A stretch of DNA of 64,000 bases from positions 1,088,001-1,152,000 of the forward strand of contig CBDCJO010000002.1 of assembly GCA_965217865.1 (NCBI GenBank), in the 5' to 3' direction. This stretch comes from Candidatus Latescibacterota bacterium. GTDB taxonomy: Bacteria; Latescibacterota; UBA2968; SICM01. The position numbers and the translations under genes are program-made. This document shows positions 10,729 to 20,192 of this stretch, in pieces. Within the stretch, counting starts at the first letter, position 1. Each line of letters begins with the position of its first letter. The notes beneath the pieces were generated by a model. It did not search any database and was not told the DNA's origin. It saw only the letters and a list, made by a program, of their open reading frames with translations.

Positions 10729-11586
10729 TCAGGCGACCTTTTTCTTCCCCCTGACTGTCTTCTTCGCTGTTTTGGCTTTCTTCACCACGCCTTTTGCCCG
10801 CATCATCGGTTCCCTTTGCTTCTTCGCCTGGTCGATGCTATCCTTGAGCGCGGTCATGATATCCACCACCGGCTGGGGCTCCTCTGCGACCGTAATCACC
10901 TCTTTGCCTTCGATCTTGGCCTGCACCATCTCCCTCAGGGCATCCTGGTACCGGTCTTTCAGGTCGATCTTGTTCAACGTGGTGGTCAGCGAGTCAACGA
11001 GGCTCTGTGCAAGCTTCAGTTCTTCGGGATTGGCTGTACCGCCGTCTAACTGAGGAACATCTTCCATTTTACGGACCTCGCTGGGCGTCCGCAGCTTGTA
11101 GAGGATCAGGCCTCCCCTTTCCGGTCCGATCATCACAACGTCCTCCCGGTCGCGCAGGACCACCCGCCCGACCCCCATCTTTCCGCTGGCCTTCAGCGTT
11201 TCGCAAAACAGGGTATACACCTTCGCGGCCACCTCCCCGTCCGGACCGGCGAAATACGGGGCATCGTAGAGCGTCGGGTGAATCTCAGTCGCGTCCACAA
11301 AACCCTCGATCTCGATCACCTTCGTGCTTTTTAGCTTGATCTTCTCGAGGTCTTCCTGTTCGATGATGACATACTGCTCCGGCTCGTATTGATATCCCTT
11401 CACGATATCCTGATTTCCGACTTTTTTACTGCACTTCTTACACTTTTTATCATATCCCACCTGTCCATTGCACGCTTTGTGTAACTGATTGAATCGGATC
11501 GTCTGCGCGGTATCGACCGCGTTGTAGATGCGTATGGGAATCGTCACCAGTGAGAATCGAATATGGCCTTTCCATATGGATCTCAT
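10729..11586 (-). CDS. ku: Ku protein (NHEJ)
   Basis: MRSIWKGHIRFSLVTIPI, IVKGYQYE, IEIEGFV, DRYQDAL, VVDIMTALKDS and a basic tail; AGGAGG RBS. Confidence 0.97.
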   Translation of the reverse strand: MRSIWKGHIRFSLVTIPIRIYNAVDTAQTIRFNQLHKACNGQVGYDKKCKKCSKKVGNQDIVKGYQYEPEQYVIIEQEDLEKIKLKSTKVIEIEGFVDATEIHPTLYDAPYFAGPDGEVAAKVYTLFCETLKASGKMGVGRVVLRDREDVVMIGPERGGLILYKLRTPSEVRKMEDVPQLDGGTANPEELKLAQSLVDSLTTTLNKIDLKDRYQDALREMVQAKIEGKEVITVAEEPQPVVDIMTALKDSIDQAKKQREPMMRAKGVVKKAKTAKKTVRGKKKVA

Positions 11587-11624
11587 GCCTTACCTCCAGG
11601 AGGAATTTGATGAAACATTAATTT

Positions 11625-13949
11625 TCAATATTCTGGAACCAGGTCCGGACGCAATCGGATGAAAACCGGCTCGCGGAGCGTCCCTTCCGATGTCAGCGAA
11701 GCATACTGCACCTCGCAGCATAGCCTGGGCTCGAGCCAGACCGTTTGAGAGTCGTCGACAGGTCTTTTTTTAACCGGCCTTTTGATCTGTTTTATCTTTT
11801 TCAGATCGGAATGAATCGACTTCATCTGGCGCTGATTGAAGCCGGTCCCCACCTTTCCCATATACTGAAGTCCTTCTCCGTTGATTTTTCCGAGGTGAAG
11901 CGCCCCGAACATCTTTTCCCGGTCTCCTTCTCCCCGGGTGTAGCCGATTACCACATACTCGGCCGTCTGGCGGTATTTAATCTTCAACCACTGGGAGCTC
12001 CTTTTCCCCGGGTAGTATGGGCTTTCCCTTTCCTTCGCCATAATCCCCTCGAGCCCCATCCTTCCGGCCGCTTCGAACAGTGAAACCCCCTCGCTGACGA
12101 CTTCGCTGATCCGGTAAGGAGACCCACGGCGGGTTGCGTCCTCCATCCACTCTCTCCGCCTGGTCAACGGCTCCTGAACTATAGGCCTTCCATCCAGGTA
12201 AAGGCAATCAAAAAGATAACAAACTGCGGGATGCTTTGCACGAGCCCTCGCGATTCCGCTTGCCGAATTCGGTTGCAGCCTGCCCAGAGCGTGCTCGAAA
12301 ACGGGTTTGCCTTCCTCCTCGAGGCAGACAATTTCGGCGTCGAATAGGGCGGAAGTCCCACGAAAGGCCTGTTCGGGTTGTAACAACTCGGGAAAAAGCA
12401 TCGTAATATCACGCTGGCTGCGGCTCCGTATCCGAATCTCTCCATCGTCCAGAGAGATCATCGCCCGAATCCCGTCCCACTTGACCTCGTACAGGTAGTC
12501 CCCCGAATCCGGGGGTTCTTTTTGGCTCTGTGCGAGCATCGGATCGATAGGGTCGAACAGCCAGTCCACCTGGGGTGTGTCGACACGTTCGAGAAGCCAG
12601 TCTTTATTCTTGGTATGGATCAACCGGTACTCCGCATTCAGTTCGCGACTGTGTAACCTGAAGTAGAAGCTGTCGTCTTTCTTCTGCTTGGTGATTTCGT
12701 ATTTCCCCTTGGCGAAAATCCAGATTTTCCCTCCCCCATACTCCCCCTTCGGAATCGTTCCCTCAAAGGTCAGATACTTCATAGGATGGTCTTCCACAGA
12801 CACCGCCAGCCGCTTGATCCCGGGTCGAGGGGGCAGTCCCTTGGGAACGGCCCAGGATCTTAAGGCACCGTCCTTCTCCAGACGCAAATCGTAATGGAGC
12901 CGGGAGGCGTGGTGTCTGTGAACCACGAATGAATTGCCGTCTCCCCCGATCTCTTCCGGCCGGGGTTCGGGGGTCTTTTTAAAACTCCTTTTTTTCGCGT
13001 ACTTCTTGAGGCGTCCGGCCGTTTCGATCGATTTGGCCGCCTTCCTTTTTCGGGTCGTTTTGCGTTCCGTATGGAGATTCGTCGCATAGGCCGCCATCCC
13101 CTCCCAGGCGTCTCCCTCCTTCTCGACCTGTTCCAGAACGGTTCGGATATTGAAGGCTGCGGGGTCTCGAACGCTCTCTAATCGGTCCCAGGGAAGTGGG
13201 GTAGAAACCGGAGCCCCCGGAAGTCCTCGAACGCTGTAAGGCGATACGATCGTCTGAGACGGCCGGTTACGGTAGATATCCACCAGCACCCTGGACTTCC
13301 GTGCCGTTTTTTTGATGTGGAGCGTCGTCGATTGGCTGCGCGCCTCGACGAAGGGCTTTGCAATTGCGGATGCCGCCTCGAATACCTTGTCGAAATCCCA
13401 CTTGGGTTCGATCGGAGCCAGAATGTGAAGGCCTTTCCGCCCCGTGGTCTTCACGAAGGGCTGATAACCGAAGCCTTCGATATGTTCTTTTAAACTCAGG
13501 GCGAGATCGACCACCCGGTTAAACCCGTAGTCCTCAGGCGGATCCAAGTCAAATACCATATAGTCCGGCCGGTCGAATTTGGGTTTGTGCGAATGAATCT
13601 GATGGAATTCGATGCACGCCATATTCGCCAACCAGACGAGGGAGGCCTCTTCGGTGGCCAGGATGTAATCGATCGGTTTATCCTCGCCCAGGGCGACGTG
13701 ATCCACCCATTCGGGAGTTCCCTCCGGCCTGTTCTTTTGAAAGAACTGCTCACCCTTGATCCCGTCTGGAAAGCGAATGAACGAAAGGGCACGCCCCTTC
13801 ACGTGACCCAGGATCGACGGAGAAATCTTCAGATAGTACTCGATGAGTTCAGCCTTGAGAATCTTCTCATCCGGGAAAAGAACCTTCTTGAGGTTGGAGA
13901 GCTCCACCTTCCGTTTTCCAACCTTGACCATTTGGGATTTCCTTGGCAC
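11625..13949 (-). CDS. ligD: DNA ligase D, POL-PE-LIG domain order
   Basis: POL: FDLDP, KTTGRKGLH; PE: FVVHRHHASRLHYDLRLE, SWAVPKG; LIG: YEVKWDGIR, EGIMAK, WLKIK, GKVGTGF, LREPVF. Confidence 0.96.
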   Translation of the reverse strand: MPRKSQMVKVGKRKVELSNLKKVLFPDEKILKAELIEYYLKISPSILGHVKGRALSFIRFPDGIKGEQFFQKNRPEGTPEWVDHVALGEDKPIDYILATEEASLVWLANMACIEFHQIHSHKPKFDRPDYMVFDLDPPEDYGFNRVVDLALSLKEHIEGFGYQPFVKTTGRKGLHILAPIEPKWDFDKVFEAASAIAKPFVEARSQSTTLHIKKTARKSRVLVDIYRNRPSQTIVSPYSVRGLPGAPVSTPLPWDRLESVRDPAAFNIRTVLEQVEKEGDAWEGMAAYATNLHTERKTTRKRKAAKSIETAGRLKKYAKKRSFKKTPEPRPEEIGGDGNSFVVHRHHASRLHYDLRLEKDGALRSWAVPKGLPPRPGIKRLAVSVEDHPMKYLTFEGTIPKGEYGGGKIWIFAKGKYEITKQKKDDSFYFRLHSRELNAEYRLIHTKNKDWLLERVDTPQVDWLFDPIDPMLAQSQKEPPDSGDYLYEVKWDGIRAMISLDDGEIRIRSRSQRDITMLFPELLQPEQAFRGTSALFDAEIVCLEEEGKPVFEHALGRLQPNSASGIARARAKHPAVCYLFDCLYLDGRPIVQEPLTRRREWMEDATRRGSPYRISEVVSEGVSLFEAAGRMGLEGIMAKERESPYYPGKRSSQWLKIKYRQTAEYVVIGYTRGEGDREKMFGALHLGKINGEGLQYMGKVGTGFNQRQMKSIHSDLKKIKQIKRPVKKRPVDDSQTVWLEPRLCCEVQYASLTSEGTLREPVFIRLRPDLVPEY

Positions 13950-14036
13950 CCTGCTACCTCAAAACGCGTTATGGATTTTGCATTCCATCGACTCCGGACC
14001 TTTGACTAGATTTTCCCTAAACTGATAGCTTTCCAT

Positions 14037-14066
14037 AAGATAAGCATAAACGCGTAAACTTGTCAA
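14037..14066 (-). promoter_or_regulatory. Putative sigma70 promoter of ligD-ku
   Basis: Minus strand TTGACA-N18-TATCTT, about 90 bp upstream of the ligD GTG. Confidence 0.5.
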
Positions 14067-14216
14067 ACGCGGTTTTTGGAAAGGGTTGCTCCGCTTTCAG
14101 GATTGGCGTATATTCGAAAAATTCCACAATCTTCCACACCCGTACTTCATACATCCACATCTCTTAATGATTGGTGAATTTTTAATTTTGGCTCTCCGTG
14201 GAATATAGTGTACCCA

Positions 14217-14417
14217 GTCTTCGCGATTGACACCGGGCCTTCGAGCTAATCGAGAAGCCGAGAAAAAAGTCAGGGCCTTCTTTCAGCGCCAAGGGCCGTT
14301 GTCCCTCAACCCAGGCGAGCTGCCCTGGGTCCTTGGAAAGCAATAGCCTCGTGCGGCCTGAAGGGCCGCGATAATTTCACATGCCCCGATCACCTGTCCC
14401 GCATCCTGATTCATCTA
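14217..14417 (+). mobile_element. Repeat family A, copy 2, truncated by IS630
   Basis: Matches copies 1 and 3 up to ...ATTCATCTA; keeps ATG at 14381; the rest of the element is absent beyond the IS. Confidence 0.75.
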
Positions 14418-15503
14418 GTGTCGTGTCCCGCCAATAAGTTCAAATAGTCGCTTAATCTTTTCGAGGATGGATTCTGCGGTGGCAGTCCACACAAAGGGTT
14501 TTGAATTTGAGTTGTAGTGATCGGCGAATTTCTTGATGTTATTGACCAGATCTTTCACGCTACGAAAGGAACCCCGGCGGATTGCCTTTTGTGTAATGAT
14601 GTTGAACCAGATCTCGACTTGGTTTAGCCAGGACGCGTAAGTGGGTGTATAGTGGACCTGATATCTTGGCCGGGCTGCAAGCCATTGTTTGGTTTTAGGG
14701 TGCTTGTGCGTGCCATAGTTGTCCAAGACCAGGTGAATATCGAGATCCTCCGGGACGTTTGCCTCGATGTGCTTTAGGAATTGAAGGAATTCCTGATGAC
14801 GGTGTCTCGGTTTACATTGTGTTAACACTTTTCCCGAGGCGATCTCTAGAGCAGCAAACAGCGTCGTTGTCCCGTGTCTGATGTAGTTGTGAGTTACGCC
14901 TTCGACGTAACCCAAACCCAGTGGCAGAATCGGTTGCGTTCGATCTAATGCTTGGACCTGGCTTTTCTCGTCCACACAGAGCACCATAGCATTGTCTGGC
15001 GGGTTGAGGTAGAGCCCGACAACGTCCCTGACCTTCTCTACAAAGAAGGGATCGTTTGAGAGTCTGAAGTGTTTCTGTCGATGAGGTTGAAGTCCGAAGG
15101 CTTTCCAGACTCGCTGAACGGTGGACTTGGAGAGCCCAGTCTCAGCTCCGATGGACCGACAGGTCCAGTGAGTTGCATGCCTTGGCTTTGTCTTCAAGGT
15201 TTTGCCAATGAGCCTGGCAATCTTCTGGTCGGAGATTGAACGTGGACCTCCAGGACGCATCTCGTCGTAAAGCCCCATCAGCCCTTGAGCACAATAACGA
15301 TTACGCCATTTCCCAATCGTGGCATAGGACAGTCCCAGCTTCTGGCCTATCTGTAGATTCGTGAGTCCGATATCACTCATCAGTATGATCTTCGCACGGC
15401 GCACCAAAGAATGCGGTAAGATCCGCGAACCAGATATCGCCTTCAATTCACTTCGGACTTCATCACTAAGGTTCAATGGCTGCAATGGACGTCCCATTTT
15501 CAT
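14415..15503 (-). CDS. IS630-family transposase
   Basis: HTH region plus DDE motifs VDEKS, LDNYGTH, SWLNQVE; ATG 15503 after AAGGAGG; TAG stop formed at the IS end. Confidence 0.95.
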   Translation of the reverse strand: MKMGRPLQPLNLSDEVRSELKAISGSRILPHSLVRRAKIILMSDIGLTNLQIGQKLGLSYATIGKWRNRYCAQGLMGLYDEMRPGGPRSISDQKIARLIGKTLKTKPRHATHWTCRSIGAETGLSKSTVQRVWKAFGLQPHRQKHFRLSNDPFFVEKVRDVVGLYLNPPDNAMVLCVDEKSQVQALDRTQPILPLGLGYVEGVTHNYIRHGTTTLFAALEIASGKVLTQCKPRHRHQEFLQFLKHIEANVPEDLDIHLVLDNYGTHKHPKTKQWLAARPRYQVHYTPTYASWLNQVEIWFNIITQKAIRRGSFRSVKDLVNNIKKFADHYNSNSKPFVWTATAESILEKIKRLFELIGGTRH

Positions 15504-15584
15504 CGGTTCCTCCTTGGATAAGGGCATAAGGAACCATAAGACGAATCCATTACTTTGTCAAGTTATTCCTGGGTCATAACACTA
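14416..15584 (-). mobile_element. IS630-family insertion sequence (coordinates include the flanking TA pairs)
   Basis: TA at 14416-17 and 15583-84, both within CTAG; imperfect terminal IRs GTGTCGTGTCCCGCCAATAAGTT / GTGTTATGACCCAGGAATAACTT (16 of 23 match). Confidence 0.93.
15533..15561 (-). promoter_or_regulatory. Putative IS630 transposase promoter
   Basis: TTGACA-N17-TATGGT, overlapping the inner part of the IR. Confidence 0.55.
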
Positions 15585-15898
15585 GTGGCGTGTTACAGAA
15601 TTAACCCTGAATTTGGGACCGCTTTCAGGCGAAGAATTTTCGTTCTAGCGCCCTCATCCCATGTATCCCCTTCTCCCGTCCTTCGACGAGCTCAGGACAG
15701 GCTCCGCAGGAGAAGGGGACGACGACATTCCTTTTCTTAGGTATTCAGGATCTCGCCTTTCCCTTCATTAAAGCATTAGATCATTTTCGATCTTCCCCTC
15801 TCCCGGCACCCGGGAGAGGGGTGCCGAGCTTGCGAGGCGGGGTGAGGGAGCACGACGGCGTTCCAGAATACAATGTGACTTTCGGAACACCCCACCAG
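15582..15898 (+). mobile_element. MITE family B, copy 1
   Basis: Ends CTAGTGGCGTGTTACAGAA ... TTCGGAACACCCCACCAG form an imperfect IR; inverted copy at 47123-47432; internal GC-rich hairpins. Confidence 0.8.
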
Positions 15899-15943
15899 TG
15901 TTCATATCGAGGGGTTGGACACCCGTACCAGGAGTCCACTGAC

Positions 15944-16822
15944 ATGATTCTTCACGTATTGGGAGCGGGAACCCCCATCCCCACCCCGGATCGCTATGGC
16001 ACCTCCTTTGTCCTGCAACTTGAAAGGGACTTTCTGATGTTCGACTGCGGACCGGCAGCGACGCATAAATTGGTTAAGGCCGGACTGCATCCCACTCAGA
16101 TCGACCACCTCTTCTTCACACATCATCACTACGACCACGACGTGGATTTTCCATGTTTTCTGTTATGTCGATGGGATCAGGCAGGTGGGAAGGCGGGTTT
16201 GCTCAAAGTCTGGGGCCCTCCCCCGACAGCGTGGTTCATCGAGCGCCTGATAGGTCCGGAAGGCGCCTTTTCCTACGACTGGAAGGCGCGCGTTGGACAT
16301 CCCGGAAGCCAGATGGTGCACGTGGAACGAGGCGGTTCGCTGCCCAGGCCCCCCCCATCCTGTGATGTGCACGAAATCGGTCCAGGAAAAGTCGTGGAGA
16401 CCGATCGATGGACCGTCACGGCTGCCCTTGCCCGTCACGCGGAACCCTGGCTGGAGTCTCTCGCCTTCCGGGTAGATTCGGACGAGGGAAGCATCGTGAT
16501 CGCGTCCGATACCGGACCCTGTGACACCGTTACCGAGATCACCAGGGGTGCGGATATCCTCGTCATCAGCTGCTGGGACCATCAGGAAGCCATGGACCGT
16601 CACTGGGAACAGGTGAACACGAAACACGCCAGGACGATGATGGGGACCGAGAACGCAGCCGCCCTTGCAAAAGAATGTTCTGTGAAGAAACTGGTCATCA
16701 CACACGCCATCCCGAATTTGGCGGCGCCAGGCTCAAGGGAAATAGGGATCGAAGACATGGCCCGGATCTACCACGGAGAAATCATCTTCCCGGACGAATT
16801 GACGGCAATCGAGCTCAACTAA
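15944..16822 (+). CDS. MBL-fold metallo-hydrolase (RNase Z/AtsA-like)
   Basis: VLGAGTP, FDCG, THHHYDH, ASDT, LVITH; ATG 15944 after AGGAG. Confidence 0.9.
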   Translation: MILHVLGAGTPIPTPDRYGTSFVLQLERDFLMFDCGPAATHKLVKAGLHPTQIDHLFFTHHHYDHDVDFPCFLLCRWDQAGGKAGLLKVWGPPPTAWFIERLIGPEGAFSYDWKARVGHPGSQMVHVERGGSLPRPPPSCDVHEIGPGKVVETDRWTVTAALARHAEPWLESLAFRVDSDEGSIVIASDTGPCDTVTEITRGADILVISCWDHQEAMDRHWEQVNTKHARTMMGTENAAALAKECSVKKLVITHAIPNLAAPGSREIGIEDMARIYHGEIIFPDELTAIELN

Positions 16823-16832
16823 GGGAGAAGGC

Positions 16833-18446
16833 ATGAAAGGCATGGTCGTGACCCCTCAGCCCCTGGCTTCGGAGGAAGGGGTAATCGCCCTCAGAAACGG
16901 CGGAAATGCTGTGGATGCAGCCGTTACAACCGCCCTGGTTCAGGCCGTCATCGACCCCTTGAACTGCGGGATCGGGGGCCTCGGTTGGATGAACATCCAT
17001 CTGGAACACGGCGAGGATGTCTACCTCGATTTTAGCGCAAAAGCCGGCACAGGGGCAACGCCGGATATCTGGGTCAAGGAGATCCTCTACCCCGCTGCTG
17101 ATGGGGGAGGATTCATTTTACGAGGTGACGTCAACGAGATCGGTTACCGATCGATCGGGGTGCCCGGTACGATTAAAGGACTTCACGAAGCCTTAGTCCG
17201 CTACGGCACCCGAACGTGGGAAGAGACAGTCGGTCCGGCCGTCGAAATCGCGAGGGCCGGATACCCGATCCCCTTTGAACTGGCGCAGGAATGGCGAAAA
17301 AAGTACACCAGGGGCCGCCCGGATGCCTTAAGACGCTTTACTTGCACCCCGGAGGCCGCCCGGATCTATACAAAAAAAGGTGAGGTCCTGGACTCGGGGG
17401 ACATTCTGGTGAACAGCCACCTTGCGGGTTCTCTCGAAAAAATCGGCCGCCAGGGGCCCGACACATTTTATCAGGGTGAGATGGCCGAACGGATCTCCCT
17501 GGACATGGCCGCAAACAACGCTTTTGTGACGCGGGAGGATCTTGCAAACTACGAGGTTGAGGTGGCCGCACCGTTACGCTTGACCTACAGGGGTTATACC
17601 GTTACGAGCGCCCCTCCCCCGGCCGGGGGCATGACCCTCCTGGGAATCCTGAACATCCTCGAGGGCTATGACCTGAAAAGTCTCGGTTTCAACACGGCCG
17701 AGTACATACACGTGGTGTCGCAGGCCTTAAAGGCGGGATTCGCAGACCGCAACAGGTACCTGGGGGACCCGGCATTCGTAGATATTCCGGGGGAGCGTCT
17801 CCTCTCCGAATCACACGCAGAGGAATGGCGGGATCGGATCGACCGGGGTGAGAAATTCGATGTCGGATTCGACCGCTCTCGAGATGGAGGTACGACGCAG
17901 GTGTCCATCGTGGACGATGTTGGAAACTGTGTAAGCCTCACGCACACCTGCGGACTCTGCTCCGGGGTGGTCACCCCCGGACTGGGATTCCTCTACAACA
18001 ATTTTATGTTCGCTTTCGACCCGGTCCCCGGGGGGCCCAACTCCATCGCCCCGGGGAAAAAGCGGGTGACCGGGTCATGCCCCGCCATCCTCTATAAAAA
18101 CGGGGTACCCTTCATGGTGCTCGGCGCCCCGGGCGGAACCCGAATCATCAGCGCCGTTCTCCAGACCATCCTCAACGTCGTGGATCACGGCATGACCGCA
18201 ACCGAAGCGGTCTCGGCACCCCGGTTCGACTGCCAGGGAGAGACCGTCGAGGTCGAAGGCAGAATTCCGCGGTGGGTGTGCGAGCAGCTCGAGGGACTGA
18301 GTCTTTCCGTCAAGAGGGACTTGGCTTCATACGGCATCTATGCCTCCACCGCCGCCCGCGTGCACGCCATCCTTATCGACCCTGAAACGGGTGACACGTC
18401 GGGGGGTGCCGATCCCCGGGGATACGGTACTGCCTTATCAGTATAA
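16833..18446 (+). CDS. Gamma-glutamyltransferase-family Ntn hydrolase
   Basis: GGNAVDAAV, IGVPG, GTTQVSIVD (catalytic Thr), GAPGG, GGADPR. Confidence 0.92.
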   Translation: MKGMVVTPQPLASEEGVIALRNGGNAVDAAVTTALVQAVIDPLNCGIGGLGWMNIHLEHGEDVYLDFSAKAGTGATPDIWVKEILYPAADGGGFILRGDVNEIGYRSIGVPGTIKGLHEALVRYGTRTWEETVGPAVEIARAGYPIPFELAQEWRKKYTRGRPDALRRFTCTPEAARIYTKKGEVLDSGDILVNSHLAGSLEKIGRQGPDTFYQGEMAERISLDMAANNAFVTREDLANYEVEVAAPLRLTYRGYTVTSAPPPAGGMTLLGILNILEGYDLKSLGFNTAEYIHVVSQALKAGFADRNRYLGDPAFVDIPGERLLSESHAEEWRDRIDRGEKFDVGFDRSRDGGTTQVSIVDDVGNCVSLTHTCGLCSGVVTPGLGFLYNNFMFAFDPVPGGPNSIAPGKKRVTGSCPAILYKNGVPFMVLGAPGGTRIISAVLQTILNVVDHGMTATEAVSAPRFDCQGETVEVEGRIPRWVCEQLEGLSLSVKRDLASYGIYASTAARVHAILIDPETGDTSGGADPRGYGTALSV

Positions 18447-18480
18447 AAACGTGAACCATATCTTGCACGATTCTATTTCC

Positions 18481-18509
18481 TTGACTGTTAATTAAGGCCG
18501 TCGTAAATT
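18481..18509 (+). promoter_or_regulatory. Putative sigma70 promoter
   Basis: TTGACT-N17-TAAATT in an intergenic region. Confidence 0.4.
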
Positions 18510-18648
18510 GGCCGGTCAGGGAAAATCCCGGTGAAGGGAGACAAACACCCAGGTAAACCGCGGGAATTTAAACTATCATTAAGATCTATTAAAACCGCCC
18601 CCTGTTCCTTCCCCGGTCCCTGGCCTCCAACCCCTGATCCCTGATCTT

Positions 18649-19035
18649 ATGACACGCCAATCCGTGGTGCTCAATGACATGTCGAAGTGCATTCCGGGTT
18701 CGCATTTATCTCACGAACCCCGCTTCGACCGCTGGTCCCTGATCAGCTACGAAACCCCCGAAATCTCCGGGGTTGCGATCTACCTGGGGAACATCTTTTC
18801 ACGAGCCTACGAAGGGCTCCCGGACATCAGCCTGCCCTTGAACGTCGCTGGATGGTTTGCGATCCACCCAAAAGGGAGTTCCGGGGATTACATCGAAGTC
18901 AAGGAGGAAGCGATCACCGGTGACCCCCCCAGGGGGGAGTACGAATGGTGGAGCGTACCCCCCACAAGGAGTTTTCTCATCGATAAACTGGACGGAGAAG
19001 TGGTCGGTCGCTACTGGCGGGATACCGGACTGTAG
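18649..19035 (+). pseudogene. Internally deleted remnant of the family seen at 34669 and 41394-43108
   Basis: VVLNDMSKCIP...WSLISYE...LPLNVAGWFAI matches their N-termini; FLIDKLDG...RYW resembles the C-terminus of 41394; the TIM barrel is missing. Confidence 0.55.
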
Positions 19036-19089
19036 GACCCGTTGATTTTTTCAAATTTCTTTTTGGAATTTTTCCTGAGGAGTTTTCCC

Positions 19090-20136
19090 ATGTTCGAAAT
19101 CGTCGATCGCAATATCTGGGTCCAGTCTCGGGAGGACCTTAACTTTCCGCACGTCGCCTCCTACGGAGAGGACCGCTTCGGTCTTTTTTTCAGCCGGGGA
19201 CGTCACGCGGTTCTGGAATGGCCCCACTACATGCTCAGCGAAGACGGATGTCAAACCTGGCGACACGACCCGTCCCCCTTCGGGGAGGGCCGGCGCGAAT
19301 GTCCTTATTTTCAGTTCCCACAGATAACCCTGCGAGATGGAACCCTGATAAGCGTGGTCATGAGGCGCAATCCGGGTGGCATGGGCTGCATACGGCAGGC
19401 AACCTCCGTGGACCACGGCAGAAACTGGACCGAGTCCTGGGAGCCGATCCAGGTCACACTGCACTCGATCTACGAACCATACGCCCCCATCGGACTCACC
19501 GTGTGGGGCCCCGCAATCGAAATGCCCGATGGAGAGCTTCTTGCCCTTGGTTTGGGAGAAGATTTATCAGGCCTCGGACCCGCCGGGAAATGGGAAGTCA
19601 TCGCCCTGTCTCGCCGTCCCGGAGAGACCACCTGGCGTTACAAATCAAGGGTCTTTGCCCCCCGTCCGGATACGCGCGAAGGCGTCAACGAAACCTGGAT
19701 CGCCAGGTTGCCCGACGGGAACCTGGTGGGGGTCTGCCGCACAGGTTATCCGGACTCCCCGATGCTCTGGACTCGGTCCGACGATGGCGCGAAGACATGG
19801 TCGGATGCCAAAGCGCTTCCCTGGAGCGGGGTCTACCCCATCCTGTATATGATGGACAACGGCGTCCTGGTGCTGATCTTCGGGGCCCGTCGGAAGGACA
19901 AGCTGAACGGGGCTGTGACCGCCCTGGGTTCCACGGATGGCGGTAAAACCTGGTCCGATCCCTTCGTGATTTACGATGGGCCCGGATCCTGTTACCATTT
20001 CGCGGCTAAGATTGGCCCGGACCGGCTTCTGGTGCCCTATTCGAGCTCCCAGTTCCGCGTGCCCGAGCTCCCCCAGTTCACCCCCCGGGGGGAATACAAT
20101 AAAATCTGTGCCGTGACTCTTGCCGTGAAACCATAG
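19090..20136 (+). CDS. BNR/sialidase-like beta-propeller protein
   Basis: Asp-boxes SEDGCQTW, SVDHGRNW, SDDGAKTW, STDGGKTW; ATG after GAGGAG. Confidence 0.8.
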   Translation: MFEIVDRNIWVQSREDLNFPHVASYGEDRFGLFFSRGRHAVLEWPHYMLSEDGCQTWRHDPSPFGEGRRECPYFQFPQITLRDGTLISVVMRRNPGGMGCIRQATSVDHGRNWTESWEPIQVTLHSIYEPYAPIGLTVWGPAIEMPDGELLALGLGEDLSGLGPAGKWEVIALSRRPGETTWRYKSRVFAPRPDTREGVNETWIARLPDGNLVGVCRTGYPDSPMLWTRSDDGAKTWSDAKALPWSGVYPILYMMDNGVLVLIFGARRKDKLNGAVTALGSTDGGKTWSDPFVIYDGPGSCYHFAAKIGPDRLLVPYSSSQFRVPELPQFTPRGEYNKICAVTLAVKP

Positions 20137-20192
20137 CTTCTGGTTCTGGGAAAAAGGTTTTTTTCATTTTGCACTTTGCACTTTGCAATTTC

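Noticed and set aside
11625-13949. POL-PE-LIG order of LigD as a novelty
   Set aside because: This order is already known from mycobacterial LigD.
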